Counted from the stretch's first letter, positions 49,139 to 58,498 are shown. The stretch is 64,000 bases of DNA from Candidatus Terraquivivens tengchongensis (GCA_023261845.1 JALNJZ010000001.1:1-64000); one strand, 5' to 3'. Translations and numbers: made by a program. The notes: generated from the sequence alone by a model not told the origin.

Positions 49139-50926
49139 CTACCTTTCTACTACACCGACCGATGATTTTCCGCTGATGTTTTGGACGATGATGACGTTCG
49201 CGTCCTCGCCCACACTTATGTAACCAGGCGTTATTATTATGTACTGGACGTACGGGTCGGCCTTGGCAGTTGCCGTCAACATCTTTACCATCCTCTCCCT
49301 ATTAAGCGGGTCCAAGTGAACGTCGAACTCATCAACGGCCCTGAAGGGTGACTTAACGTACTTCTGTAGCGCAAGAAGGAAGGCAAGTGTCGCCACTATT
49401 CTTTCACCACCGCTCTGTGTATGAGAGTCTAAGAGAACAGGTTCGACGCCCCTGAAACCAACGTAAAGGTCAAGGGATGCCTTCTCAATATCTTCCAAGT
49501 TGCGCAAGGATATCTTACCGTTTGCATCAACGGATTTCAGTATTTGGACGTAAGCTGGCTCGACTTCTGCTACGAGTTTCCTTAAGAATTCCCTCCAAAC
49601 TTCCTTTCTATGCTCAACCTCTTCCTTTGCCTTCTCCATGTTTTCAGACAGCTGCTTGGCCTTCATCTCGACCTCACTGTACTTGGCATCCGCTAAAAGA
49701 TACATCTCTTCTGCGTTAGGTGTCACGCTGCCCAAAGAACTTATCTGGACTTCTAAGATCTTCAAATCCTCCTGGATTTCTGTTGGTTTTCTGTTTGTTT
49801 CGACGCGAGGTCCTTTTAGCTCAGCCTCGGACATCTGGGATGCGAGTTTCGTCTTCAGTTCGCTCAACTGGGACTTTAGCTTTCTCATCTCAGACTCCGT
49901 TAGGCGTATCTTGAACCTCGTAACCCCTTCTTGCACCTTCTCTTCGATGAGTTCGTCCATCATCGCATCTATCTTCTTTTCTAAATCGTCCAAAATTTCG
50001 GATGTTCGTGGTTCCGTTATTCTTAACTGATGTAGCGTCTCACGAATCTTCTCACGTAAAGCTCCAGCTTTTGACTCGTGCTCGCTAGCTTCTTTGTTTA
50101 AATCTTCAATCTCTAAGATGAGTGATGCGATCTTATCCTCAACCCTCTTTACATCGTTCTCTAAAGCTATGACTTGGGACCAAACAAGCTCCCGTTCAAG
50201 CTCAGCCCTATGGTTCTCAAGCCTTCTGAGCTTTATCAGCTTCCCATACTCTTCTTTCCAATATTCAACGGTCGCCCTCGCTTCTTCTAGCGTTTTCTTG
50301 AAGCTCATTTCCTCTGTCAGCAACATGTTCAGCTTGGCCTCGGCATCCAATATCCTCTCCCTAAGCTTCGATGCACCTACAGCATCCTCGACCATCTGGA
50401 GCTTCTCAATGCTACTCTTGGTTACGAATTGCTCTATCATATTCTGGTGCATTATAATGAGCATGTTATTGGGGTTGATTCCCACCTGCTTGAGCAAGTG
50501 CTCAACCTCAGCCTTTGTCATGAACCTGTTGTTCACGTAGTGCCAATAGTCTCCATTCCTCTTGAGGTATCTGGCGACAGATACCGTGTCCGTGTTTATC
50601 GTTCTGAACGGTCTTTTACCATTGTGGGCACTATTCTCGAACACGACGGTGACCCTAGCCACATCCTTTCCACGACGGATCAGGTCGCTTAGTCGTTCAC
50701 CCCTCTCCGTGTAAGTCTGACCGAGAGCGACGGATATCCCCAGCAATATTGAGGACTTTCCAGCACCGTTTGGCCCCATTATAACATTGAGGCCTGGCTT
50801 CAGTGGTATCCTGGAATATTCGTGGGACATGAAGTTCTCCAGGATTACCTCCTTTATGTGCGGTACAGACTTAACCCTATGCTCTAGCTCAAGCCTTTCC
50901 GCGGACCGCTCGTCTGTATTTTCCAC
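49139..50926 (-). CDS. short SMC5/6-like ATPase
   Basis: LENFMSH, GPNGAGKSS, Q-loop MHQN, coiled coil, QSGGER, SPFRAVDEFDVHLD, QYIIITP. Confidence 0.9.
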   Translation of the reverse strand: MENTDERSAERLELEHRVKSVPHIKEVILENFMSHEYSRIPLKPGLNVIMGPNGAGKSSILLGISVALGQTYTERGERLSDLIRRGKDVARVTVVFENSAHNGKRPFRTINTDTVSVARYLKRNGDYWHYVNNRFMTKAEVEHLLKQVGINPNNMLIIMHQNMIEQFVTKSSIEKLQMVEDAVGASKLRERILDAEAKLNMLLTEEMSFKKTLEEARATVEYWKEEYGKLIKLRRLENHRAELERELVWSQVIALENDVKRVEDKIASLILEIEDLNKEASEHESKAGALREKIRETLHQLRITEPRTSEILDDLEKKIDAMMDELIEEKVQEGVTRFKIRLTESEMRKLKSQLSELKTKLASQMSEAELKGPRVETNRKPTEIQEDLKILEVQISSLGSVTPNAEEMYLLADAKYSEVEMKAKQLSENMEKAKEEVEHRKEVWREFLRKLVAEVEPAYVQILKSVDANGKISLRNLEDIEKASLDLYVGFRGVEPVLLDSHTQSGGERIVATLAFLLALQKYVKSPFRAVDEFDVHLDPLNRERMVKMLTATAKADPYVQYIIITPGYISVGEDANVIIVQNISGKSSVGVVER

Positions 50927-51123
50927 TTTGGGAGTTCTCCTCCTTTGCCTTTGATTCTAACCGCAGTATATTTGGTTTATCGGAAAGCTAGCCAAGGTCG
51001 CTATGCCTCAAACTTTAAGGACGCTAAATACAGCATCCTTGGCCATAATTTGGCGAGCATTATACAAAATGACTTGTTTTAGGATTATGGAATCTTGCGG
51101 CGCTTACCCATAAAGCCAGTGCA

Positions 51124-51348
51124 TTAACCCTTCCAGAAGTGTGGCACGCTAGGCCCTATCATCAGCGACGAAGGTTTGCGCCTCCTTTTATTGTTGTACC
51201 TAGCCCTGCGACGTCTCTTTATAAATTCCTTAATAATTGTCGAGAGTTTGGGCACTAACCTCTCGGCGCTCATCCATAATGTTATCATGATGATCGAGAA
51301 GATTGCGGATTCTATTATTATACTCGTTAGATTCAGCATAATAATCAC
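51124..51348 (-). CDS. small hypothetical membrane protein with basic tail
   Basis: One N-terminal TM then an Arg/Lys-rich segment; fills an otherwise intergenic gap. Confidence 0.4.
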   Translation of the reverse strand: MIIMLNLTSIIIESAIFSIIMITLWMSAERLVPKLSTIIKEFIKRRRRARYNNKRRRKPSSLMIGPSVPHFWKG

Positions 51349-51490
51349 CCGGATGGTCTAATACCGCCCGGACGCTTTAACGTTTTTGTTTTACAGATTT
51401 CCTTTTATATGAATTATTTTCGACTAAAAACACCATATAGCCCCCCGTTTTCCCAGAAAGTCGTTTATTTTTTAAATCGGTGCCTGAAAA

Positions 51491-51502
51491 CCGTTATAAC
51501 GG
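51491..51502. promoter_or_regulatory. perfect 12-bp palindrome CCGTTATAACGG
   Basis: Seen directly; the half-site TATAACGGC recurs at about 51585. Confidence 0.4.
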
Positions 51503-51607
51503 CAAATTTTAAAACGACAGTCATAGATGCCGTTTCTTTTATATAGGCGGCATAGACGGTCACTTTGGTCATCTTTTGCCTACCTATAACGGCCGGATTT
51601 CCCGATT

Positions 51608-51630
51608 CTAAAGGCCTGACAGGTCTTTAG
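51608..51630. promoter_or_regulatory. near-perfect 23-bp palindrome CTAAAGGCCTG-A-CAGGTCTTTAG
   Basis: 10 of 11 arm positions match; about 75 bp upstream of ORF 51705. Confidence 0.45.
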
Positions 51631-51704
51631 TCAGCATCAGCCCATAAAAGTTTAATGATACGCTGTTTAACGACAACCTATAGGAATAGACAGGGAACCT
51701 GATT

Positions 51705-52139
51705 ATGACAAAGATCGAAACTAAGACGACGCTCGAAAAGTTCAGGAGGTTCGTGATAAGTAACTGTTGCGCGTCATTTATTCCTAAAGAGTACATGGAG
51801 GACCCGACGGTCTTCCCGGAAAGGGACCCTTCAGAAGGTACGATTCATGTGGAGGCAGTATCCAAAGTCCTCCTCAACCAAATCAGGAACGTGAGGTTCG
51901 TGAAAGTCGCCGACGTTCTCGGCGTCCTGTACTACTCTAAGAGTGGAAACACCAGCCTAAAGTGGAGGCAGATTAGGGGTAACATCGGCAAGCTTACAGG
52001 TTATGCTTCCCCTAACTCCATAGTGAACCTTTTACATGCAGGTATACTAACGCCCAGCCAGATACAACGAATGCTTTCCGCGCTGAAATCCTCCCAACAG
52101 GAAGCGGAGGATGAAGGGGAGTTAAACAGTGTACCATAG
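51705..52139 (+). CDS. hypothetical protein
   Basis: 144-aa ORF with no competing long ORF, protein-like composition, followed by a hairpin and T-tract. Confidence 0.75.
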   Translation: MTKIETKTTLEKFRRFVISNCCASFIPKEYMEDPTVFPERDPSEGTIHVEAVSKVLLNQIRNVRFVKVADVLGVLYYSKSGNTSLKWRQIRGNIGKLTGYASPNSIVNLLHAGILTPSQIQRMLSALKSSQQEAEDEGELNSVP

Positions 52140-52167
52140 ACCCATACCCCTATGGTACGCCGTTTTT
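52131..52167 (+). terminator. stem-loop plus T-tract
   Basis: GTACCATAG-N10-CTATGGTAC, then GCCGTTTTT, between convergent genes. Confidence 0.45.
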
Positions 52168-52218
52168 AGTTTCACTCCGCCGAAAAATTTTTCCATCATG
52201 CTGAACTAATTCCGCAAC

Positions 52219-53502
52219 CTACTCAGCCAGCTGTACGACGTCCCTGTAGTCCTCGATGTACTTGTTGACGTACTTCATGCCTGGTGGTATGGTCAGGTAC
52301 GGATTTACCTTCGTCCCGATAAGTTTGCAGCCTTCTCTTATCCTGACGGCGTTACCGATGACTGAATATTCGCCGATGTAGGTAGAATTGCTCTTAGAAG
52401 ACTCGACGATTGACTTCCTACCGATGATGCTATCCACTATGCAGGCGTTATCGCCGATCTTCACTGCATCCATTATCGCAGACCTTTCGATCCTGACGTT
52501 CTCACCTATTATGCAGTAGTTATCTATGCAAGAGTCTTGTATCACCGTGTGCTCACCTATCCTCGTATGTTTGCCTATCAAGGCCGCACCCTCGATGATT
52601 ATCTTGTTATCCCTGTACTTTTTCAACACATCGTCCTTGATTTTATTGGATTCGTTACCGTATTCTTGTAACCATACTTTCTTATCTAACTGGATTGCCT
52701 TCTCTGGTATTACGATGTTTATTGAGTTCCTGAGCATCTCGACCATAGCCCTCAAGTATTCCTTTGGACTACCAACGTCGTACCAAACAGATATCTCATA
52801 GCCGTATATTGGGAAGCCCTTTTCCACAAGGTACGGTATCAGATCGTAGCCGAAATCCAACCTCTTTCTTTCCTCTAGAATTTTCTTTATCTCATCTCCC
52901 CTGACTATCTCTCTTACTTCGGGTGCTAACAAGTATATTCCAGCGTTTATCAAATTGCTTGGTGCCTTTTCGGGTGTTGGTTTCTCTATGAATTTTTTTA
53001 TCCTCATCTCGCTGTCAACATCGGCTACGCCATATTCCTCTACATTCTTCGTCCTGAAGAGGGCAATGGTCATCAAAGCGCCCTTCTTCTTGTGCCATCT
53101 CATAAGATCTTCAAGGTTCATATCAAAGATGTTATCGCCTTGGACAACTATCACTGGCCCCTCAACGTCGTAGTACTCAATGTTTAGCCTATACGAGTCG
53201 GCACTACCCAAGTCATCCATATTTGGCTGGTGCATTATATGGATTCGTGGAGTTATGCCATACTTTGCCGAAAAGCCAGCGCCATCACCAAATTGATCAA
53301 AAAGGTCCGTATAATTCGTGTAACCCTGCTCGCCTAATATAAAACGCCTTACGCCCTGGCTCGCTAACGCAAGTATTGGAAACTCTATCAGTGCTCTGTT
53401 CATGAACCTTATGCATGGTTTAGAGATGTCGTAAGTTAGTGGTCTTAGCCTCTTTGCCACACCACCGACAGGTATGAAACACGTTAGATCCTCAACTTTC
53501 AC
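52219..53502 (-). CDS. NDP-sugar synthase (nucleotidyltransferase + LbH; mannose-1-P guanylyltransferase-like)
   Basis: PVGGVAKRLRPLT, QGD, YGV, FIEKP, INAGIY, WYDVG; C-terminal hexapeptide repeats. Confidence 0.88.
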   Translation of the reverse strand: MKVEDLTCFIPVGGVAKRLRPLTYDISKPCIRFMNRALIEFPILALASQGVRRFILGEQGYTNYTDLFDQFGDGAGFSAKYGITPRIHIMHQPNMDDLGSADSYRLNIEYYDVEGPVIVVQGDNIFDMNLEDLMRWHKKKGALMTIALFRTKNVEEYGVADVDSEMRIKKFIEKPTPEKAPSNLINAGIYLLAPEVREIVRGDEIKKILEERKRLDFGYDLIPYLVEKGFPIYGYEISVWYDVGSPKEYLRAMVEMLRNSINIVIPEKAIQLDKKVWLQEYGNESNKIKDDVLKKYRDNKIIIEGAALIGKHTRIGEHTVIQDSCIDNYCIIGENVRIERSAIMDAVKIGDNACIVDSIIGRKSIVESSKSNSTYIGEYSVIGNAVRIREGCKLIGTKVNPYLTIPPGMKYVNKYIEDYRDVVQLAE

Positions 53503-53538
53503 GGGAATGATAATTTTTATAGATGCGTATATACGTTA

Positions 53539-54051
53539 TCATCTAAGTTTGTTTATGCAACGTGCGCACGGCACGTAACCCTTAACATCCGTATCGTGTA
53601 TCCAATTGCTGAAGTACATCACGCACTTTGGGTCGTTGCAGTGCTTGAGTCCAAGAAGGTGTCCGACCTCATGGCATGCCTCCTTGATCGCCCTTTCACT
53701 GTAAAGCGACTCGTCGTAGGGTAAACCGTAGAATCTTGGGTCGAGCCTATATGTGGAAACGACGGCAACCCCCTTAAAAGCTATGCCGAAACAGTAATTC
53801 AGCCCAGGTGCATAGACATCCACATCGATTAAGGCAAGCAAAAGCTCATCCTCTTTCTTCGTTTTTGAAAGTGTTTCGACGATTGCGATTGCGTCGTGTT
53901 GTCTTCGCAAAGCGTTAAAACTGTGGGGTGTAATGCTGAATGTCTCTTTGTCTATTACAACATCAAGCCCATAAACCTCCTTCAGACGCTCCGCGATAAC
54001 TTCTGTTACTTTTCCCATTCGCGTTGATTGGATTATCCTAAGCCTTCGCAT
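53539..54051 (-). CDS. amzA: archaemetzincin (M54 zinc protease)
   Basis: LNYCFG.A, HEVGHLLGLKHC....CVM.FSN, C..C. Confidence 0.93.
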   Translation of the reverse strand: MRRLRIIQSTRMGKVTEVIAERLKEVYGLDVVIDKETFSITPHSFNALRRQHDAIAIVETLSKTKKEDELLLALIDVDVYAPGLNYCFGIAFKGVAVVSTYRLDPRFYGLPYDESLYSERAIKEACHEVGHLLGLKHCNDPKCVMYFSNWIHDTDVKGYVPCARCINKLR

Positions 54052-54106
54052 CGTAATTAAAAATGACCGAATGTTTTATTAAGCTTGAGCTATTACGTGG
54101 AATGCA

Positions 54107-54694
54107 TTGGCGGACCTCTACATAATAGCCGGCGTTCCCGGTGTAGGTAAGACGACGATAGGCTCTTTGGTAGCGAGGTTAATGCATACGAAGTTTATTG
54201 ACATACCAGAATTTGTAAAATCTGAGAGGCTTTATGTAGAATATGATAGGAGCAGCAGGTCCTATATCGTAGACCTCAGAGCACTCTCGGCCGCTCTTAG
54301 TTCAGCGATAAGGGATGAGGCTAAGCCGCCGATCGTTGCCACCCACATAGCATTTAAGCCTAGGAACTGCAAAGTCCTGAGGGTCTTGGTGCTTAGGAAG
54401 AATCCGCTAAGCCTGCTTGCTACACTGCGCTCCCGTGGATACCCTCTCCGGAAGGTTGCAGCAAATGTTGCGGCAGAGCTTATGGACGAGCAGTATGTCG
54501 AGTTCGTTCGCAAGTTCGGCCGCTCAAGGGTTATTCAATTGGACGTCACACAGTTGAAGCGCCATAAAGCCGCAAGGAAAGCAGCAAGGCTGCTATCCAA
54601 GGGAGGGAGGGGCGATGCCGTTGACTGGGTCTATTTGCTAGAAAAAAATAACAAACTTGGTAGGTTATTGTCGTTCCTCTCGAAGTACTGCTGA
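54107..54694 (+). CDS. AK6/Fap7-type adenylate kinase-like NTPase
   Basis: GVPGVGKTT, VLR..P..L...L..RGY...KV..NV.AE. Confidence 0.8.
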   Translation: MADLYIIAGVPGVGKTTIGSLVARLMHTKFIDIPEFVKSERLYVEYDRSSRSYIVDLRALSAALSSAIRDEAKPPIVATHIAFKPRNCKVLRVLVLRKNPLSLLATLRSRGYPLRKVAANVAAELMDEQYVEFVRKFGRSRVIQLDVTQLKRHKAARKAARLLSKGGRGDAVDWVYLLEKNNKLGRLLSFLSKYC

Positions 54695-54696
54695 TG

Positions 54697-55737
54697 CTAC
54701 TTCTTCAGCAAGCTTTTTGCCTTTTCTGCTATGGCCTCCGCCATCTCGAACGTCGTGGCCGTACCGCCCAGGTCGTATGTGACCTTCTTTCTCTCGGCTA
54801 TAACGGCTTCGGTTGCCTCGAATATCGCCCTCGCCGCATCAACTTCTCCCAAGTATTCTAACATCCACGCACCGGACAGAATCATGGCAGTCGGGTTCAC
54901 CTTGTTCATACCCTTGTACTTTGGTGCGCTTCCGTGTGCCGGTTCAAACATCGCATAGTTGTCACCAAAGTTTCCGGAATATATGCAACCTATGCTGGCA
55001 ACAAGCCCAGAAGCTTCCTCAGATAGTATGTCCATGAACAGGTTGGTTCCAAGTATCACGTTCTTGTTGAATCTTTCTGGATTTTTCACGAGTTGCTGTG
55101 CCATGTTATCCACAAAATACTCCTCATAGGATATGCCGGGATAGTCCTTCGCAACCCTCTCCACAGACTCCCAGAACATTCCGTCAGTCTCCTTCATTAT
55201 GTTCCTCTTTGTTACGACTATTACCTTACTCCAGCCTTTCGACTTTGCTATCTCGAACGCCTTCCTAGCCACCCTCTCAGACTGCTTCCTAGAAATTTTC
55301 CTGATAGCTATTGCACAATCATCAGACAGCCTGACGTCAATTCCTGTGTAGAGACCCTCCGTCCCCTCCCTGACGCATATAAAGTCTAGCTCACCAAATC
55401 GTTCCTGTAATCCTTTGAATGTCTTGATCGGCCTTATGTTGGCGTACAGGTCAAACTTCTGCCTAATACTTACTGCAACGCTTTTAGGCATACCTCTCTC
55501 CCAAGGCGTCGTGGTCGGAGCCTTTAAGCATGCATCCGACCTCTCCAAAACCTCCCAAGTTTCGGGAGGTATTAGGGACGGGCCTCCATGTGCTTGCCAC
55601 CACTCAAAGCCAGCCTCTAACGGGATGACTTTGACGTTTGGTTTAACAGCATCAAAGACCTTTAAAAAAGCCTCAGCGAGTTCCGGCCCGACACCATCAC
55701 CCTTTATTAAAGCAACAGTTTTCATGAACTTTTTCAC
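54697..55737 (-). CDS. isocitrate/isopropylmalate dehydrogenase family protein
   Basis: GDGVGPE, DLYANIRP, REGTEGLY, NLFMDILSE, FEPAHGSAP. Confidence 0.92.
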   Translation of the reverse strand: MKKFMKTVALIKGDGVGPELAEAFLKVFDAVKPNVKVIPLEAGFEWWQAHGGPSLIPPETWEVLERSDACLKAPTTTPWERGMPKSVAVSIRQKFDLYANIRPIKTFKGLQERFGELDFICVREGTEGLYTGIDVRLSDDCAIAIRKISRKQSERVARKAFEIAKSKGWSKVIVVTKRNIMKETDGMFWESVERVAKDYPGISYEEYFVDNMAQQLVKNPERFNKNVILGTNLFMDILSEEASGLVASIGCIYSGNFGDNYAMFEPAHGSAPKYKGMNKVNPTAMILSGAWMLEYLGEVDAARAIFEATEAVIAERKKVTYDLGGTATTFEMAEAIAEKAKSLLKK

Positions 55738-55786
55738 TTTAAGATATGTTAGTATATACCGGTTTAAATCTTTTTTGTGATATGGT

Positions 55787-56332
55787 TTATAATTTTGCTG
55801 GTCTTCGCTTTAACTCAACACCACACCTTGTGCAGACGTTTAAGTTGCTGACACCATACTCGCTCCTACATACAGGACAGTAAGCTACCCAAGTTATTTG
55901 CTTCCTGATTCCAGGATGAATAATGCCGACGGTTTTTATGCCCATACGCCTTGCAAGATTTTGGATGCTGTAATCATCACTTATTATAACGACGTCAATC
56001 CCAGCCTTGCTTTTCTCCAGAGCGAGGGCCAAGACATCTATATCTGTTCGGGACAGTTTAATCCTATCACCGGTCGATGCTGCGATCCTCTCCACCTCCC
56101 TGATGTTATCTTCTGATGGGTTGGAAACCTCCAACTGACCGCAGTCAACGGCGACCTCCACGACATTCTTTACGGACTCGTCATGCATAACCTCCGACAG
56201 TACAGAAGGTGTAGTGGCGAACTCCTTCCTTGAAAAATCCGTCTGGCCAGCTATAAGAGCCGTTGAGTCGAGAATGTATAGTATCAATTTTTTATGGTCT
56301 TTAGCGGAGACGTTTCCTAAGTCTTCTTGCAA
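55787..56332 (-). CDS. nob1: Nob1 PIN-domain endonuclease with zinc ribbon
   Basis: ILDSTA, LS.TD..VLALA, SDDYSIQN, CPVC..CTRCG; start uncertain. Confidence 0.88.
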   Translation of the reverse strand: MQEDLGNVSAKDHKKLILYILDSTALIAGQTDFSRKEFATTPSVLSEVMHDESVKNVVEVAVDCGQLEVSNPSEDNIREVERIAASTGDRIKLSRTDIDVLALALEKSKAGIDVVIISDDYSIQNLARRMGIKTVGIIHPGIRKQITWVAYCPVCRSEYGVSNLNVCTRCGVELKRRPAKL

Positions 56333-57101
56333 AGCTGCACTCCCTCTTAACACGGACAAAACGGACTGTCTGTTCGGACTTGCCTATGGTCAGCTTTTCA
56401 TTCTCTAGAACTTTTCTAACCTGACCATCGAGTAGTACGTGAAACCTCGGAACTTTTAAGTGAAGGGTTATAAAGTTATCAATAGGTAACACGAGCGGGC
56501 TCATCTTCGTAAGCGGGCAAACGGGCACAACGACGATGACCTCGAGCTTATGGTCAACAGCCGGACCTCCTGAGGACATGGCATAAGCAGTCGAGCCAAG
56601 TGGTGTCGAGACTATAACACCGTCAGCCACACCGTCAAGTAAGGTATGACCATCACGCACGATCTCAAACTCGATGATCTTACCAATGTATTCGCCTGAG
56701 ACGTAAACTTCGTTGACCACATCCCCCAGCTTTCTATTTTCAGCGTATACTGAGAGCTTCATTACCTCTTCAACGTCAAAATTCTCTTTAAGTACCCTAT
56801 CCAGGACCTCGGGCACTTCCTCTGGATTAAGCTCCGAGAGGTAACCGCCCCTACCGAAGTTCACCCCTAGTATGGGAGTCCTGTAATCAGCCAAAGAATG
56901 TATGCTTCTCAATATAGTACCATCGCCGCCAAGAGTTATGACGAGGTCAGCGACTATCTTCCCTTTTGCTTCCATGAGGTGTTCAGAGTCGAAAACCTCG
57001 CTCTCGATTCCTATGGAGCTTAAACTTTTAGAAAGTTCGTTGACCATCTCCACGGCTTTGGCTTTTGCCGGCGTGTAAACTATCGCCACCTTCCTGATCA
57101 A
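56301..57101 (-). CDS. nadK: NAD(+) kinase
   Basis: GGDGT, GVN.G..GYL, NE, DG.IVSTPLGSTAY.MS.GG. Confidence 0.93.
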   Translation of the reverse strand: MIRKVAIVYTPAKAKAVEMVNELSKSLSSIGIESEVFDSEHLMEAKGKIVADLVITLGGDGTILRSIHSLADYRTPILGVNFGRGGYLSELNPEEVPEVLDRVLKENFDVEEVMKLSVYAENRKLGDVVNEVYVSGEYIGKIIEFEIVRDGHTLLDGVADGVIVSTPLGSTAYAMSSGGPAVDHKLEVIVVVPVCPLTKMSPLVLPIDNFITLHLKVPRFHVLLDGQVRKVLENEKLTIGKSEQTVRFVRVKRECSFARRLRKRLR

Positions 57102-57136
57102 CGTTCTTTTACTCTCCCTAACTTGCCCACATTTCG

Positions 57137-58453
57137 TTAACTATAAACATTAAGTTCAGAGCTCTTCTTGAGAAGGGCAAAGTCTTCGAGGAGTAACGGT
57201 TTTGATAGATGTCTTCGTGCAGAGGGAGGGACGGTATAAACACCAGGCATTAAAGTCCTTTGTTCCTCGGTGAGTATCCTTGAGTCTTCTGGCAACCTTT
57301 TACCACACTTCGGGCATTCATAGCCTTTGTTATGGCCCAAAGACTTCATCTTCTTCCCGCAAATGTCACAAGATGGCGGTATTGCGCGGATGGACCTTGC
57401 AAGGCTTATTATCCATATCTTTTCTAAATTTATCGTTAAGGGCAACCCGGATTTGGATTTTACACCGCCATAAGCCTTTATTCTATCGCCAGGCCTGAGG
57501 GCACGCACCACGTTTCTGAAAGACTTCGTAGGTTCGAAGGCGGCGCACTGGATTTCTCCCGTTTCATCTTTCAACGTGAAGAAGACATGACCGCCGGGCA
57601 TAACTCTAGGCAAATCCGCAACAACACCTTCAACGGATACTGACATGCCATCTTCTATCTCCGCAACCTTTACCTCTTGTATGTGCAAGTCCGTCGCCTG
57701 GTTCGTCTCGAAGAGCAACGTTCTCTCGACTGGTTCCAGTATCCTAAGAATTGAGAAGGCATAAAAGGTCATGTCTGGGTCGAGTGACCTAATGCCTAAG
57801 AGTACAGGGCACGGCGTGTGCGGCGTTATCCTAGATTCGTTCGTCTCGTAGTCGAAGTTATCAAAGGTCCACGGACTTGTCATCAAGTCCATCTTTATGA
57901 CGGAGTTATCATCGACTCTCCTGAACGTTCCCCAGTTCTGTTTGGTCCTGTATGCTATAAGCTCGTAAGTTTTTTTGGGAATCTTATCCATCCCTACAGC
58001 GGCCAGCGCACCTATGACTCCCCTACGTCCCTTAAGTGCATGAAGCTCTGCTCCGACGTCTGAGGCGACTGTAAGGGCATCCTCTACGGTCACCATTCTC
58101 CTAACGACAGTCATAGAGAAGCCTCTCAACCTCTCCGGTATCTCATCGCCTACGTAGAATGCGACACCCGGCTCCGTACCATCGCATTCCAGCTCGGCCA
58201 GCTCGTATACCCTACTCAAGACCGTTTCCCTGACAATATCCAGCTTTCCTAGATCGATCGAAAACCTCAGAGCTACCGCGGCGTTGCCCCTCGTCTTGTA
58301 AGGACAGTTCGGGTTGAGGCGGATGAGCTGAGGCCTCATGATAGGGGTTAAGCCCATCTTTAGCAGATCGTCGAATATTATGGCGGCTACGTACGTCGTG
58401 CACATTGCCTTCTTAGAATCGGTATCATCAATACCAATGTGTAACGTTACCAA
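57137..58453 (-). CDS. tiaS: tRNA(Ile2) agmatinylcytidine synthase
   Basis: IGIDDTDS...CTTY, RLNPN.PYKTRGN, PH..CPVL.GIR, TNQATD, OB fold, Zn ribbon, ARRHLSKP. Confidence 0.95.
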   Translation of the reverse strand: MVTLHIGIDDTDSKKAMCTTYVAAIIFDDLLKMGLTPIMRPQLIRLNPNCPYKTRGNAAVALRFSIDLGKLDIVRETVLSRVYELAELECDGTEPGVAFYVGDEIPERLRGFSMTVVRRMVTVEDALTVASDVGAELHALKGRRGVIGALAAVGMDKIPKKTYELIAYRTKQNWGTFRRVDDNSVIKMDLMTSPWTFDNFDYETNESRITPHTPCPVLLGIRSLDPDMTFYAFSILRILEPVERTLLFETNQATDLHIQEVKVAEIEDGMSVSVEGVVADLPRVMPGGHVFFTLKDETGEIQCAAFEPTKSFRNVVRALRPGDRIKAYGGVKSKSGLPLTINLEKIWIISLARSIRAIPPSCDICGKKMKSLGHNKGYECPKCGKRLPEDSRILTEEQRTLMPGVYTVPPSARRHLSKPLLLEDFALLKKSSELNVYS

Positions 58454-58498
58454 CTCGGCCTTGGGATCTATCTCCTTTTGCCGTGAATTTAAGCCTAA

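Noticed and set aside
47764-50926. Wadjet (JetABCD)/MksBEFG anti-plasmid system or canonical Smc-ScpAB
   Set aside because: No Toprim nuclease (JetD/MksG) is adjacent, the SMC comes first and is far shorter than JetC or Smc, and the head motifs are SMC5/6-type.
51438-51462. Replication origin (minus-strand TTCTGGGAAAACGGGGGG resembles an ORB G-string next to AT-rich DNA)
   Set aside because: A single degenerate copy, no convincing inverted partner and no cdc6/orc1 nearby.
54107-54694. Degenerate AK6 (VATH in place of the usual D/E-x-H Walker B region) as a pseudogene
   Set aside because: The ORF is full length with intact P-loop and lid motifs; one substitution is not enough.
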